Notes: generated by a model not told the origin, from the letters alone. Shown: positions 29,796-40,255, counted from the stretch's first letter. The stretch: 64,000 nt of DNA from Candidatus Latescibacterota bacterium (GCA_965200315.1 OZ241362.1:2656001-2720000); one strand, 5' to 3'. Program-made: numbers and translations.

Positions 29796-31070
29796 ATGTG
29801 TTTGCGGACCCAAGCGAGTGCCGCCGCAAAAGTGGGTTTTGTTTTGCTATACCAAGCCATTTGTCGGACGCTACAGGCTGTTTTTTTGCTAAGGGTATCT
29901 CGCAATTTGGCGTTTTTCGGTCGGGCGGTAGCCCATTTTTTCGCGTTTTTCTTTTTCTCTATAGGCTGCGATCCTCCGCCCCCACAACCCCAAGCGGACG
30001 CTGCGTATCACGTCTATCCAGGCGACAGCATCCAAGCGGCCCTCGAAGCGGCAGCCCGCGACTCAATCCACAAGACCGTTAAGGTCCACGCGGGGACCTA
30101 TCGGCCGCAGCAGGCCGGCCAAGCAATGCTCTTCTTCGCGGCCCGCCACGATGGCATCGTGCTCGAAGCAGTGGGGCGCGTGGTCCTGACTGCCGCTCAC
30201 CCCGAACAAGCCGACCCCGACGCGGCAAGTTACCCGGCCATCGTCAACCACGTGGTCTTTTTCGGCGATGGCATCTCCCAGCGCACCGTCCTGCGCGGTT
30301 TCACCATCACCGGTGCCAACAACTTTGCCAGCCGCAGCGAAGGCCCCGAGCCCATTCAGCCGGACTCCACCAACGGCGTACGCTGGGAAAAGGGGCTGTT
30401 CTTTTATGCCGACGGCGGCGGCATCAAGGTATTTGGCCGTTCCTATCCAACCCTCGAAGGGTTAGAACTCCACGACAACTACGCCAGCCCCTGCGGCGGC
30501 GGCATCTCCATCGAGCATCGGGGATTCGACGCCGAGGCCGTGCTGATCAAAAACTCCGTCTTCCGCAACAATAGCTGCCAAATCACCGGCGCGGCCGTCG
30601 ATGTGCTGCCCGGCAGCGCGGCCGTGCTCGACAACTGCCTCTTCGTCGGCAATGTCGCCAATCTCGGCCCCGACTACGTGGGCCGCCGCGGCGGCGGCGA
30701 ATACAACAAGGCACACGGCTCGGGTGCGTTGACGGTCTTTCCTGGCGCGCGCGTCGAAGTGCACAACTGCACCTTCACGGACAACTGGAACGGCAGCGAC
30801 GACAAGGGTCGCGGCAGCGTGTACAGCAATACCATCTTCTGGATGAACGTGCGCGGCGGCGGCAGCGCCCCCGGCAGCCGCTACGAGGTCGACCTGCTCG
30901 ACAGCCGCCACTTCAGCGGCTGCTTCGTCCGCGGCCAAATAGACGACCTGCGCGGCACCTTGGACCCGAAGCGCAATGTACTCCAAGCACCGGACCCGCA
31001 ATTCGACGAGCACTACCGACCTCAATCCTCTGCCTACGCCGGAGTGGGCTACCGGCCGCCGGAGAAATAA
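29796..31070 (+). CDS. Right-handed parallel beta-helix (pectin lyase-like) lipoprotein
   Basis: Lipobox-like SIGC, PGDSIQAAL, VHAGTY, LRGFTITG, repeated GGGI and N..F..N strands. The true start is probably downstream of 29796. Confidence 0.75.
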   Translation: MCLRTQASAAAKVGFVLLYQAICRTLQAVFLLRVSRNLAFFGRAVAHFFAFFFFSIGCDPPPPQPQADAAYHVYPGDSIQAALEAAARDSIHKTVKVHAGTYRPQQAGQAMLFFAARHDGIVLEAVGRVVLTAAHPEQADPDAASYPAIVNHVVFFGDGISQRTVLRGFTITGANNFASRSEGPEPIQPDSTNGVRWEKGLFFYADGGGIKVFGRSYPTLEGLELHDNYASPCGGGISIEHRGFDAEAVLIKNSVFRNNSCQITGAAVDVLPGSAAVLDNCLFVGNVANLGPDYVGRRGGGEYNKAHGSGALTVFPGARVEVHNCTFTDNWNGSDDKGRGSVYSNTIFWMNVRGGGSAPGSRYEVDLLDSRHFSGCFVRGQIDDLRGTLDPKRNVLQAPDPQFDEHYRPQSSAYAGVGYRPPEK

Positions 31071-31072
31071 AA

Positions 31073-31300
31073 GTGCGCGGAAGCATCCTCAACGGAACCT
31101 CTGACAACAACATTCCCTTCCAAGCTACCTGCAATTTGCTGGAACGGCTGGGGTTTAAGAAGCGCGCCAAAGGGTCGCATCATATATTCACTAAGGACGG
31201 CATTCAGCGCCCGATTAATCTCCAGCAAAGAAAAGACGGCACCTGTAAACCCTATCAGGTGCGCTGTAAATTTTTTAATCTCTACGACTTGGGAGAATAG
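31073..31300 (+). CDS. hicA: HicA-like toxin, probably N-terminally truncated
   Basis: LLERLGF..KGSHHIFTK..INLQ..KPYQV; weak GTG start with no clear RBS. Confidence 0.7.
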   Translation: MRGSILNGTSDNNIPFQATCNLLERLGFKKRAKGSHHIFTKDGIQRPINLQQRKDGTCKPYQVRCKFFNLYDLGE

Positions 31301-31302
31301 TC

Positions 31303-31518
31303 ATGCACAAATATCCTATGCAGTTATACTGGAGTGAGGACGATGACGCCTTTATCGTCGAGGTGCCCGACTTGCCAAGCTGCGCGGCTGATGGCCCTAC
31401 TCCAGAAGAGGCAGTAAAGGAAGCCCAAGCCGCTATTGACCGTTGGATTTGGGTGGCCCGAGAGGAAGGTTGGAAAATCCCCGCGCACTCGCCCCGTCCA
31501 CTCCAAACGGCTAGCTGA
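31303..31518 (+). CDS. hicB: HicB-family antitoxin (short form)
   Basis: YWSEDDDAFIVEVPDLPSCAADGPTPEEAV..AIDRW..IP. Confidence 0.9.
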   Translation: MHKYPMQLYWSEDDDAFIVEVPDLPSCAADGPTPEEAVKEAQAAIDRWIWVAREEGWKIPAHSPRPLQTAS

Positions 31519-33764
31519 TGGCCAAGCTCCATCGTCGGCTGAAACGGCTCTCTACCCTCGCCATCCTCTCGCTGGCGGCACCACACCACACCGCGGCACA
31601 GGGTGTCGCTGATATCCGCCAACAGCGGCTTGAGCTAGACCGCACGGTCTGGTCCGACGAGCGGCGCGCCCAGCAGTACGAGGCCGTCTTTGTCGCCTTG
31701 TGGGACCGGCTGCGCGCTGCCCAAGAGGCGCGGCCGGTGCTAGCCGCTTTTCCCTTTGAACAACTGCTGCTCGGTGCCCCACAGGATAGCGTCAAGCACG
31801 ACTGGGACATCGTCGAAACGCGCTATGGCGGCCCGCCGCGTACGCTCGACCAAGGGCAGTGGTCGGCCTTGCTCGAACAATGGGAAGATGAGGGATTCGT
31901 TCTCGAACAATCCGAATGGCACCACAAGCAGTTCACCCCAGCCGAGGACGGCCCAGCCCGCTCTTTAATAGAACTGAAACTGCACGTCAAAAACCTCGCT
32001 AGCCGTCTAATCGTCAGCGGCGACCTGTCCGTCACCTGGAGCGAGCAGCAAGACGCGGCCGGGCACTATATCCCCGCCATCGACGCCGCGAATCTGACGC
32101 TGACCCAACGCCGCGGCGCACCTGCTTTTACCTCTTCAGCCGTCTTGGCGGACGACACAGCGCTCTCGCCCCTCATCGCCGCCGATCTCGACAGCGACGG
32201 TCTCGACGACTTGCTCGCACTCGGTGCCAATCTACTCTACCGCAACGAGGGCGGACGCTTTGCGCCTGAGCCGCTGTTGGCGTATCCACCTCCGGGCGGT
32301 CGCATCGAAGTGGCACTTTTGGCCGATTTTACCGGCGACAGCGCACCCGATCTAATCGTCGGCGGCCCCGGGCAATTGCTGGGCCTCTACGAGGGCGGCA
32401 AGGGCTTCGACCAACCCGGCTTAGCCATTGCGACTCGGCCCCTGCAATACCCCGAAGCCATGAGTGCGGGCGACATAGACGGCGACGGCGACCTCGACCT
32501 GTGGGTTGGCCAGTACCGGCTGCCCTACCGAGAGGGGCAGATGCCCACTCCCTATTACGACGCCAACGACGGCTATCCCGCGTACTTGCTGAGCAACGAC
32601 GGGCGAGGGCGCTTCACCGACATCACGGCCCGCGCCGGTCTCAAAGCCAAGCGCAAACGGCGCACGTATAGCGGCTCCTTGGCTGATCTCGATGGCGACG
32701 ACGACCTCGACCTTTTGGTCGTCAGCGACTTCGCCGGCATCGACCTGTACTACAACGACGGCACCGGCACCTTTGCCGACGTCACCTCCCGCACCGTCAG
32801 CGAGGCATCAACCTTTGGCATGTCCCACGTCTTTGGCGACTACAACGCCGACGGCCGCCTCGACATGTACGTAGTGGGCATGAGTTCGACCACGGCGCGC
32901 CGCCTCGACTACCTCGGTCTCGGGCGCGAGGAATACCCAGAACACCACGCTCAGCGCCGGGCCATGGGCTTTGGCAACCGGCTCTACCTTGGGCGCGAGG
33001 ACGCCCCGTTCAGCATCGCCCCAAGCACGGAGCAAGTGGCGCGCACCGGGTGGTCTTGGGGCGTGGCCTCCGCGGACTTCGACAACGATGGCGACGACGA
33101 AATCTACGTGGCCAACGGCCATCTCAGCGGCGAGACCGCCCAAGACTACTGCACCACCTTCTGGACGCATGACATCTACACCGGCGGCTCGGAACCCGAC
33201 CCGCAGATAGCCGAATTTTTCGCCGAGGCCATTGCGGACTGGAACAGCGCGGGCATCTCGTGGAACGGCTTTGAACACAACAAGCTCTACCTGAGCGGAG
33301 GGGGCTTCGACCGGAGCTCAGCCGAAGGCCGCTCTTTTGTCGAGATCGGCTATCTGATGGGCGTGGCTTTTGAATTCGATGCACGCACCGTGCTCGACAT
33401 GGACATCAACGCCGACGGCCGCATGGACCTATTGGTCAGCGAGTGGTCCGGCACTCCGCGCCGCGAGCGGGTCCACGTCTTACGCAATGCTTGGCCCGGC
33501 GACAACAACTGGCTCGGTGTGCGCCTCCAAGGTGCGGCCGGCATCGCTCCCATCGGCGCACGCATCACCTTGCGCTCGGCCCAAGGCACCCAAACTCAGT
33601 GGGTCTATACCGGCGAATCCTTCGACGTCCAGCGTTCGCCCACCCGTCTTTTCGGCTTGGGCCGCGGCGAGCAGGTCGAAGCTGTCGAAGTGCAATGGCC
33701 CGGTGGGAAAGTCACCACCCTATCCGATCCACAGATAAACCGCTACCACGAATTGACGCCCTGA
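31518..33764 (+). CDS. CRTAC1-family protein (FG-GAP repeats plus ASPIC/UnbV domain)
   Basis: Signal peptide; repeated DxDxDGxxD; C-terminal PIGARITL..LFGLG..VEVQWP.G. Confidence 0.9.
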   Translation: MAKLHRRLKRLSTLAILSLAAPHHTAAQGVADIRQQRLELDRTVWSDERRAQQYEAVFVALWDRLRAAQEARPVLAAFPFEQLLLGAPQDSVKHDWDIVETRYGGPPRTLDQGQWSALLEQWEDEGFVLEQSEWHHKQFTPAEDGPARSLIELKLHVKNLASRLIVSGDLSVTWSEQQDAAGHYIPAIDAANLTLTQRRGAPAFTSSAVLADDTALSPLIAADLDSDGLDDLLALGANLLYRNEGGRFAPEPLLAYPPPGGRIEVALLADFTGDSAPDLIVGGPGQLLGLYEGGKGFDQPGLAIATRPLQYPEAMSAGDIDGDGDLDLWVGQYRLPYREGQMPTPYYDANDGYPAYLLSNDGRGRFTDITARAGLKAKRKRRTYSGSLADLDGDDDLDLLVVSDFAGIDLYYNDGTGTFADVTSRTVSEASTFGMSHVFGDYNADGRLDMYVVGMSSTTARRLDYLGLGREEYPEHHAQRRAMGFGNRLYLGREDAPFSIAPSTEQVARTGWSWGVASADFDNDGDDEIYVANGHLSGETAQDYCTTFWTHDIYTGGSEPDPQIAEFFAEAIADWNSAGISWNGFEHNKLYLSGGGFDRSSAEGRSFVEIGYLMGVAFEFDARTVLDMDINADGRMDLLVSEWSGTPRRERVHVLRNAWPGDNNWLGVRLQGAAGIAPIGARITLRSAQGTQTQWVYTGESFDVQRSPTRLFGLGRGEQVEAVEVQWPGGKVTTLSDPQINRYHELTP

Positions 33765-33768
33765 AAGC

Positions 33769-34957
33769 ATGCACTACGCTACCCGCTTCAACGGCATCCC
33801 CGTGTCCGTCACCCTCGCGGCGGCTCCGGCGTTGGCTGACCGGCCAATCGACGCTCCCGACCGCTACGAGCACTCCTGCATCGAAACGCCGCTCGGCCCC
33901 AAAAGTCTGCTGCTGAAATTGCAGTTGCGCCGAGTGGATGGCAGCCCATTTAAGGTCACTGCATGCAAGGTGGAAGCCGCAGTGCCCGGCTTAGACCTGC
34001 ACCGCGTCTTCGTGCCCGTGCTACACGAGGCCATTGGCAAGCGCGACCTGATCAGCCTGCCTTGGGGCGTCGAGGAGTGCACCTTTACCTCTTGGTCCTT
34101 CCCCTTCGTCGCCGCGCTAAACCGCTTTGACCAGAACCGCTTCTGCATGGGCTTTATGGACCACGTCCATGCGGCGGATCACCCGTCATAGTTGCTACGA
34201 CGAAGACGCCAACATGTCCTTGCAGCGCCTCTTCGATCCAGCTCCCCGCGAGACGAGCGTCTGGGAAGAGACGCTCTACCTGTCCTGCGAGGACCGCCCC
34301 GTCTTCGACGAGTGGCACAAAGTCGCCCTGCCGCCAGCACCGCCCTCGGTGTGGGAGCCGATCTGGTGCTCCTGGTACGGCGTCAAAAACGACGTCGATG
34401 CCGACTATATCCGCTCTATGGTGCCCGTGCTCAAAGAATGGGGCATTGGCAATATCATCGTCGATGCCGGCTGGTTCAAAGGCGACGGTTTCGACCCCGA
34501 CACCGGCCACTACATTCCCGACACAAGCAAATTCCCCGACCTCAAGGGCCTCGTCGCAGAGGTTCAGTCCGCGGGCTTGACCATTCTGCTGTGGTGCGCG
34601 CCGCTGTTCAATATCAGCGATCTGGCCGACGTGCCCTTCATAAAAGCGCACCGTTTCCAGGCCGCAGACTCCGACGAAGCGAACAACTTCCTCTGTCCCC
34701 ACTGCCCTGCGGTGCGTCAATACGCTTGGCGCACGGTCAAACACCTGATGCAGACCTACGGCTGCAACGGCCTCAAGATCGACTTCATCGACCCACTGCG
34801 CGACCGCGCCAGCTTGCCCTGCACGGCCGACCACGAGCACGATATCGCCGACTACGGAGAGGCCGTGTACGACCTGCTCCAAGGCAGTCACCGCGCCCAA
34901 GATGCACCCTTCGACCCCGACCACATCCGCCGCATTTGTACTCGGCTCAAAAGCTAG
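33769..34957 (+). pseudogene. GH36-like alpha-galactosidase, frameshifted and truncated
   Basis: WCSWY, IIVDAGWF, KFPDLK and GLKIDF; frameshift at ~34180; the C-terminal half of the barrel is missing. Confidence 0.78.
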
Positions 34958-34984
34958 GGTCCTCGAACTGCAGTCAAATAGTGA

Positions 34985-37009
34985 ATGCCTCTAATGGACT
35001 TCGCGCCCGACTCCTCTCCGACGACTCGGCGGAGTACCCCAAACCCTGTGCTTTGCATCGCCAGAGCGGCTAGCGTCTGTCAACGAGGCACAACATCGGT
35101 TCTAATTCTCTTGTCTTTGTTGGCGGCGGTCCAAGTGGTGGCAGCCGATCCGCCCGCTGCTATCGGCGTCCCCCCAGAAGTGCTGGCCCCTCCTTGGCTG
35201 GAAAGCCGTCGCCAAGCCCAAATGGCCGCGGCCGCAGGCTATGGGGTCTTTTGCGATTTCAGCTTCACCGACCGCCTGCCTGCAAGCGGCATTGCCTTTC
35301 ATCACCGCATCGTCGATGACTCGGGGCGGCACTACCGACCCAATCACTACGACCACGGCAACGGGATTGCCCTAGCGGATGTCGATGGCGACGGGCGCAC
35401 GGACCTCTACTTTGTCAACCAAGCCGGGCCGAACGGGCTGTGGCGCAACGCAGGCGGCGGCCAATTCGCCGACATCACCGAGCCGGGGGGCGTGGCACTC
35501 GCAGACCGCATCGGCGTGACCGCTTCCTTCGCCGACATCGACAACGACGGAGCACCCGACCTATACGTCACCAACGTGCGCGTGGGCAATGTTCTCTTTC
35601 GCAACCAAGGCGACGGGCACTTTGCGGATATTTCGCAAAAATCTGGTCTCAATTATAGGGGGCATTCTTCGGCGGCCCTCTTCTTCGACTACGACCGCGA
35701 CGGGCAGCTCGACCTCTTTTTGACCAATGTTGGGCAGTACACAGAGCGCGGCGATCCAATCGCGGTTATTGGCTTTGCGCCCGAGGAGCAACCCGAGCAA
35801 TACCACTACTATGTCGGCTTCAAGGACGCCTTTGCCGGGCACCTCAAGCCCGAGCGCACCGAGCCGAGCCTGCTCTTCCGCAATACAGGGGAAAACCGCT
35901 TTGTCGATGTGACCGAAGAGGTTGGGATCAAGGCCGATGGTTGGTCCGGCGACTCGGCACCACTAGACGCCAACGAAGACGGCTGGCCAGACCTATACGT
36001 GCTCAACATGCAGGGGCACGACCAATACTACGAAAACGACCGAGGCCAGCGCTTTATCGACAAGAGCCTAGCGGTCTTCCCGCGCACGCCGTGGGGAGCC
36101 ATGTCGGCCCAGATTTTCGACTTTGACAACGACGGTCACCAAGACCTCTACATCACCGACATGCACTCGGACATGAGCGAGGACATTGGGCCGCAGCGCG
36201 AAAAGCGCAAATCGCGCATGCAGTGGACCGAGAGCTTTCTCCGTTCGGGCGGGCGCAGCATCTACGGCAACGCCTTGTACCACCGCCAAGCCGACGGCAC
36301 CTACGCCGAGGTCTCCGACTCCGTCGGCGCTGAAAATTACTGGCCTTGGGGGCTGAGCGCGGGCGACCTCAACGCCGACGGGTATGAAGATGTCTTTATC
36401 ACCGCCAGCATGAACTACGCCTTCCGCTACGCGGTCAACGCCCTGTTGCTCAACGACCGCGGCAAGGGGTTCCTCGATGCCGAATTTGCCCTTGGCGTCG
36501 AGCCGCGACGCGAGGGGCGCACGGCCATGCCGTGGTTTGCCTTAGATTGCGCTGGGGAATATGCAACCCATCCCGACTGCGAGGGGCGCAGCGGCCCCCA
36601 CGTTTTCTGGGGTGCGCTAGGATCGCGCGCGTCGGCCCTCGCCGACCTAGACGACGACGGCGACTTAGACATCGTCACCAATGAATTCAATGGACCGCCG
36701 CTACTGCTGCTCAGCGATCTGAGCGACCAAAAGGCGGAGCTCAACTTTCTCAAGCTCCGCCTGATCGGCACCCGCTCCAACCGCGATGGCCTCGGCTCGG
36801 TAGTCAGCGTCCACACCCGCTCCCAAACCTACACCCGAGTACGCGACGGCAAGTCCGGCTATCTCTCGCAGAGCCTCTTGCCGCTCTACTTCGGACTCGG
36901 GCCGGCCAGCACCGTCGAGCGCATCGAGGTGCAGTGGCCTTCTGGCACCGCGCAGGTTGTCGCTGGTCCCATCGAGAGCAACCAACTCGTCGAAATCAGG
37001 GAACCGTAA
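34985..37009 (+). CDS. CRTAC1-family protein (FG-GAP repeats plus ASPIC/UnbV domain)
   Basis: DVDGDGRTD, DIDNDGAPD and DYDRDGQLD; SNRDGLG..GYLSQS..LYFGLG..VQWPSG. Confidence 0.92.
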   Translation: MPLMDFAPDSSPTTRRSTPNPVLCIARAASVCQRGTTSVLILLSLLAAVQVVAADPPAAIGVPPEVLAPPWLESRRQAQMAAAAGYGVFCDFSFTDRLPASGIAFHHRIVDDSGRHYRPNHYDHGNGIALADVDGDGRTDLYFVNQAGPNGLWRNAGGGQFADITEPGGVALADRIGVTASFADIDNDGAPDLYVTNVRVGNVLFRNQGDGHFADISQKSGLNYRGHSSAALFFDYDRDGQLDLFLTNVGQYTERGDPIAVIGFAPEEQPEQYHYYVGFKDAFAGHLKPERTEPSLLFRNTGENRFVDVTEEVGIKADGWSGDSAPLDANEDGWPDLYVLNMQGHDQYYENDRGQRFIDKSLAVFPRTPWGAMSAQIFDFDNDGHQDLYITDMHSDMSEDIGPQREKRKSRMQWTESFLRSGGRSIYGNALYHRQADGTYAEVSDSVGAENYWPWGLSAGDLNADGYEDVFITASMNYAFRYAVNALLLNDRGKGFLDAEFALGVEPRREGRTAMPWFALDCAGEYATHPDCEGRSGPHVFWGALGSRASALADLDDDGDLDIVTNEFNGPPLLLLSDLSDQKAELNFLKLRLIGTRSNRDGLGSVVSVHTRSQTYTRVRDGKSGYLSQSLLPLYFGLGPASTVERIEVQWPSGTAQVVAGPIESNQLVEIREP

Positions 37010-37011
37010 GA

Positions 37012-37239
37012 TCACAGCACACTTTTTCGGGTATTCAAGGTCGTTCCAGCCGTGTCTGAATCAGGCTGGAGGACCCGCAGGGATTTAGGATCGAGGTCTT
37101 GGATTGCTATGGCAAAATTAACTTTCATGTTCGCTCTTGCAACATCTACTAACGCTTCGTCGATTTCGTATTTTCTAAATGACAACCTGTATTCGCCTAG
37201 TTCATTAAGAACAGATCTGCAAGCTACATTAACGTTCAT
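37012..37239 (-). pseudogene. AT-rich remnant of an unknown gene
   Basis: Open frame (NELGEYRLSFRKYEIDEALVDVARANMK...) with lower GC than its flanks; family not recognised. Confidence 0.3.
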
Positions 37240-39739
37240 TGGTCCTACCCATTCGCCTAATCCCCCGCAGTGCGCCGCGTTCGCCGGGGTCTGTCTCCCG
37301 CGCCCGCGCAAAGGCCGCGGCCGCCCGCTCCCCATCCTTTTCAAGCAGGGCAATCGTCCCCAGCACCGTATGTCGCCGGGCGGCCAAGCGCCGTTCGAGT
37401 GCTTCGACAACCTCCGTGGGAATGCCTGCCGATAGGTACGGTCGCGGATTGACAACTAGGTATTCGACCAAGCTCTTGAGCGCAGGTAAGCCGCCGCTGG
37501 TACCACGGCGACGGCGGTCTGTAAAGCTGATGTAGGGGCGGTCGTCCGTATTGATCGGCCCGCTGCCCGCGTAGGCGGCTAGCTCCTTTTCTCCCAAGAC
37601 CAAGGCACTCAAAAAAGAAGGCGGATCACCCAAATCCACCGAGCGCAAATTCGCCCGCACGGCTGGCTGCCCTAGCTTGCGCTCGAGCGCAGCGTAGTCT
37701 ATGTGCAGTGCGCCCGGCGTGCCCAGCAGGATCGAGTACTGATGGGTCAGCCACAGCGAAGCGTGCGGATACACGGCCCGGAAGGTCCGCAGAATCATCT
37801 TGTAGTCCGCTACCGACAGCCCGTGCAGCGGCAGCCACTGCGCTACCAGCCCGTCCGGGCCGACGCGGCCGCGGCAGAGCCGATAGAACTCCTCTGTATA
37901 GAGCACCCAGCTATCAGCCGTGCCCGGATGTGTGGCGTCGCAGATGATGGCGTCGTATTGCCGCTGCGCGTGTAGTACGTGGTTGCGGCCGTCTGCGGCG
38001 ACCAGTTCAATGGGGGCTTGATCGAGGCGCGTGGCGATCTGGCGATTGTAGCGGGCAAAATAGGGCGCGGCTCGCGGGACGCCCGGCACCAACTCGGCGC
38101 AATCGAGGCGGGTGGGCTGGTGCAATTCGGCTGCGGACAGGGTGATGCCGCCGCCAAAAGCAATGACCAGCACTTCGGCTGGATCGGGGTGCAAAACCAA
38201 CGGCAAGTGCCCCAGCAAGCGGAAGGTCTGTAGCGAGGCGTAGTCGGTGGGGACCTCGCCGCCGCCGTTGACCTTGAGGATTCGCACGCCGTCCTGTTTC
38301 TGGTGGACCGAGACCGTGGCGCCAGCACCCTCGTCCCAGTAGAGCAAGCGGCTGTTTGGCTCGGACCAGTGGAACAATTCGACGAAGAGGCCAGCCGGCA
38401 AGAGCAGCGTCAGCGCCAAGCCCAGCGCCAAGCCGCCGACCGTGCGCACGGCCTTTCTGCGTAGTTGTGCCGCCGGGTCCAGCGCCAAAATCACCGCGCC
38501 AATGGCGATATTGACCCACGCCAGCCCCTGAATGCTCCGGTAGGTCCCCAGCAGAGGGAGCAGCACAAATCCGGCGACTAGGGCACCGGCAATGGCCCCC
38601 AGCGTATTGGCGGCGTACACGGTGCCGACGCCGCGCCCTAGCTGCTCCATGCGCGGGATGCACACCTTAGCTGCAATGGGAAAGAGCAGCCCCATTAGCA
38701 GCGTCGCCGGGAGCATTACGACGAAGGCGGCGACGAACAGCTTGGACAGATGGCCTTCCCACGACAGCGCACCGCCCCACGCCTCGACGATATAGGGTAT
38801 GCTGCCAAAGGCGGCAATCGAGCTTAGGCCGCACAGGCCGATGAGCAACTCAACCGCGCCAAAGGCAGCCAGCGGCGTGCGCCAGCGATCGATCAAGCGC
38901 GCTCCGAGCGCAGCCCCACCGGCCAACCCCAGTAGGAAGGCGACGAGGATCGTACTCAGGGTTTGGGCGGTAGCACTTTGCAGGAGCATCGCCAAAAGCC
39001 GCGTCCACAGCACCTCGTAGCCGAGGGCCACAAACCCCGAGAGCGCAAATCCCCCTAAGACCAATCGGCCCTCTAAGGTGGTGGGTGCTGCATCCCGTCC
39101 TACGCCCGGCTGCTCCTGCTGGCCATCGCGGCTCCAGAAATAGGCGACCAAGGCGATGAGCAGGTTGCCTGCCGCGGCCGCGTAGGTGGTGCCGCTGACG
39201 CCCAGATGTTCGAGCGCAAAAAAGGCCGCCACCGCACATCCTGTGGCCGCGCCTAGGGTATTGGCCGCATACAAGCGTCCCATATCCCCGCCGACCCGCT
39301 CCAAGCGGTGCGCCACGGCCTTGCTCAGCGTCGGCAGGGTGGCGCCCATGAGGGTGGTCGGCACCAACAGCAGCGCGAATGCGAGCAGCAAGCGGACGAG
39401 CACAAAGGCCCCGTCTATACCTTGCAAAGAGCCGTATAGCGCCGTGTACACCTCGTCTAAAACCGCGAGCAAAAGAGGGAATATCAGAGCGAAGACGCCG
39501 ATGCCCAGTTCCAACAGCGCGTAGAGCCGCAGGCCGTTGCCCCGGCGGTCAGCCACCCGTCCGCACCAATAGCTGCCCAAGGCGAGACCAGCCATAAAGG
39601 CAGCCAAGACAATGCTGACGGCAAAGGTGCTGACGCCAAACACGGGCATCAACATGCGCACCCAGACGACTTGATAGACGAGGGAGCAGGCCCCGGAAAA
39701 AAAGAACAGGAGCATCAGAGCTAAGGGGGTTTTGCTCAC
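37229..39739 (-). CDS. Fused membrane (MFS-like)/spermidine synthase protein
   Basis: FFSGACSLVYQVVWVR and LYAANTLGA (twice); C-terminal VLVIAFGGGIT, ADGRNHV, YDAIICDATHP, LYTEEFY, QWLP and INTDDRP. Confidence 0.9.
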   Translation of the reverse strand: MSKTPLALMLLFFFSGACSLVYQVVWVRMLMPVFGVSTFAVSIVLAAFMAGLALGSYWCGRVADRRGNGLRLYALLELGIGVFALIFPLLLAVLDEVYTALYGSLQGIDGAFVLVRLLLAFALLLVPTTLMGATLPTLSKAVAHRLERVGGDMGRLYAANTLGAATGCAVAAFFALEHLGVSGTTYAAAAGNLLIALVAYFWSRDGQQEQPGVGRDAAPTTLEGRLVLGGFALSGFVALGYEVLWTRLLAMLLQSATAQTLSTILVAFLLGLAGGAALGARLIDRWRTPLAAFGAVELLIGLCGLSSIAAFGSIPYIVEAWGGALSWEGHLSKLFVAAFVVMLPATLLMGLLFPIAAKVCIPRMEQLGRGVGTVYAANTLGAIAGALVAGFVLLPLLGTYRSIQGLAWVNIAIGAVILALDPAAQLRRKAVRTVGGLALGLALTLLLPAGLFVELFHWSEPNSRLLYWDEGAGATVSVHQKQDGVRILKVNGGGEVPTDYASLQTFRLLGHLPLVLHPDPAEVLVIAFGGGITLSAAELHQPTRLDCAELVPGVPRAAPYFARYNRQIATRLDQAPIELVAADGRNHVLHAQRQYDAIICDATHPGTADSWVLYTEEFYRLCRGRVGPDGLVAQWLPLHGLSVADYKMILRTFRAVYPHASLWLTHQYSILLGTPGALHIDYAALERKLGQPAVRANLRSVDLGDPPSFLSALVLGEKELAAYAGSGPINTDDRPYISFTDRRRRGTSGGLPALKSLVEYLVVNPRPYLSAGIPTEVVEALERRLAARRHTVLGTIALLEKDGERAAAAFARARETDPGERGALRGIRRMGRTNER

Positions 39740-39862
39740 AGCTAATCCTTTGTATGGCAATCCGCAGTCAGTCGCACGAACATCCACAAACTCAGCGACG
39801 AAGCCCGCAAAATTTCGGTCTGCGCGATCGACGTAAGCCGACCCGACTAATCGCAACGATCG

Positions 39863-40255
39863 CTATTCGGCGTTTTCAATCGGCTGGTGGAAGTAGTAAC
39901 AAAGCCCGTCGGGAGCGACTACGAAGAAAACCTGATATTTCTTTCCATCGCGCTCTTCTAAGCACCAATTGCCCGTCTCGACGCCATTCGCCTCTATCTC
40001 GTCGCGGGCCTTGTGGATGTCATTCACCAAAATAGCCGCGCCTTCTTGGCTGGCGTCGCCACCGTTGACCGCAAAACCGATCTGCACACCATCGCGTTCG
40101 AGAATGACCGTCGGCACCGGATCGTCGCGCCTTGCCACCTCCACGAGGCCAAAGGCTGCGCCATACCACTTTGCGGTTTGGTCGAGGTCTTCCACCGGCA
40201 AGGCAAAGAGGTCCTCGGCATACGGAAAAGCGGCTTCGTACAGTTTCTCTGTCAT
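39863..40255 (-). CDS. VOC/glyoxalase family protein
   Basis: LPVEDLDQTAKWY..FGL and FFVVAPDG. Confidence 0.8.
   Translation of the reverse strand: MTEKLYEAAFPYAEDLFALPVEDLDQTAKWYGAAFGLVEVARRDDPVPTVILERDGVQIGFAVNGGDASQEGAAILVNDIHKARDEIEANGVETGNWCLEERDGKKYQVFFVVAPDGLCYYFHQPIENAE

Noticed and set aside
31518-37009. Enediyne biosynthetic cassette suggested by the UnbV domains
   Set aside because: No iterative PKS or UnbU/UnbL-like genes nearby; the thioesterase at 11119 is 20 kb away and unlinked.
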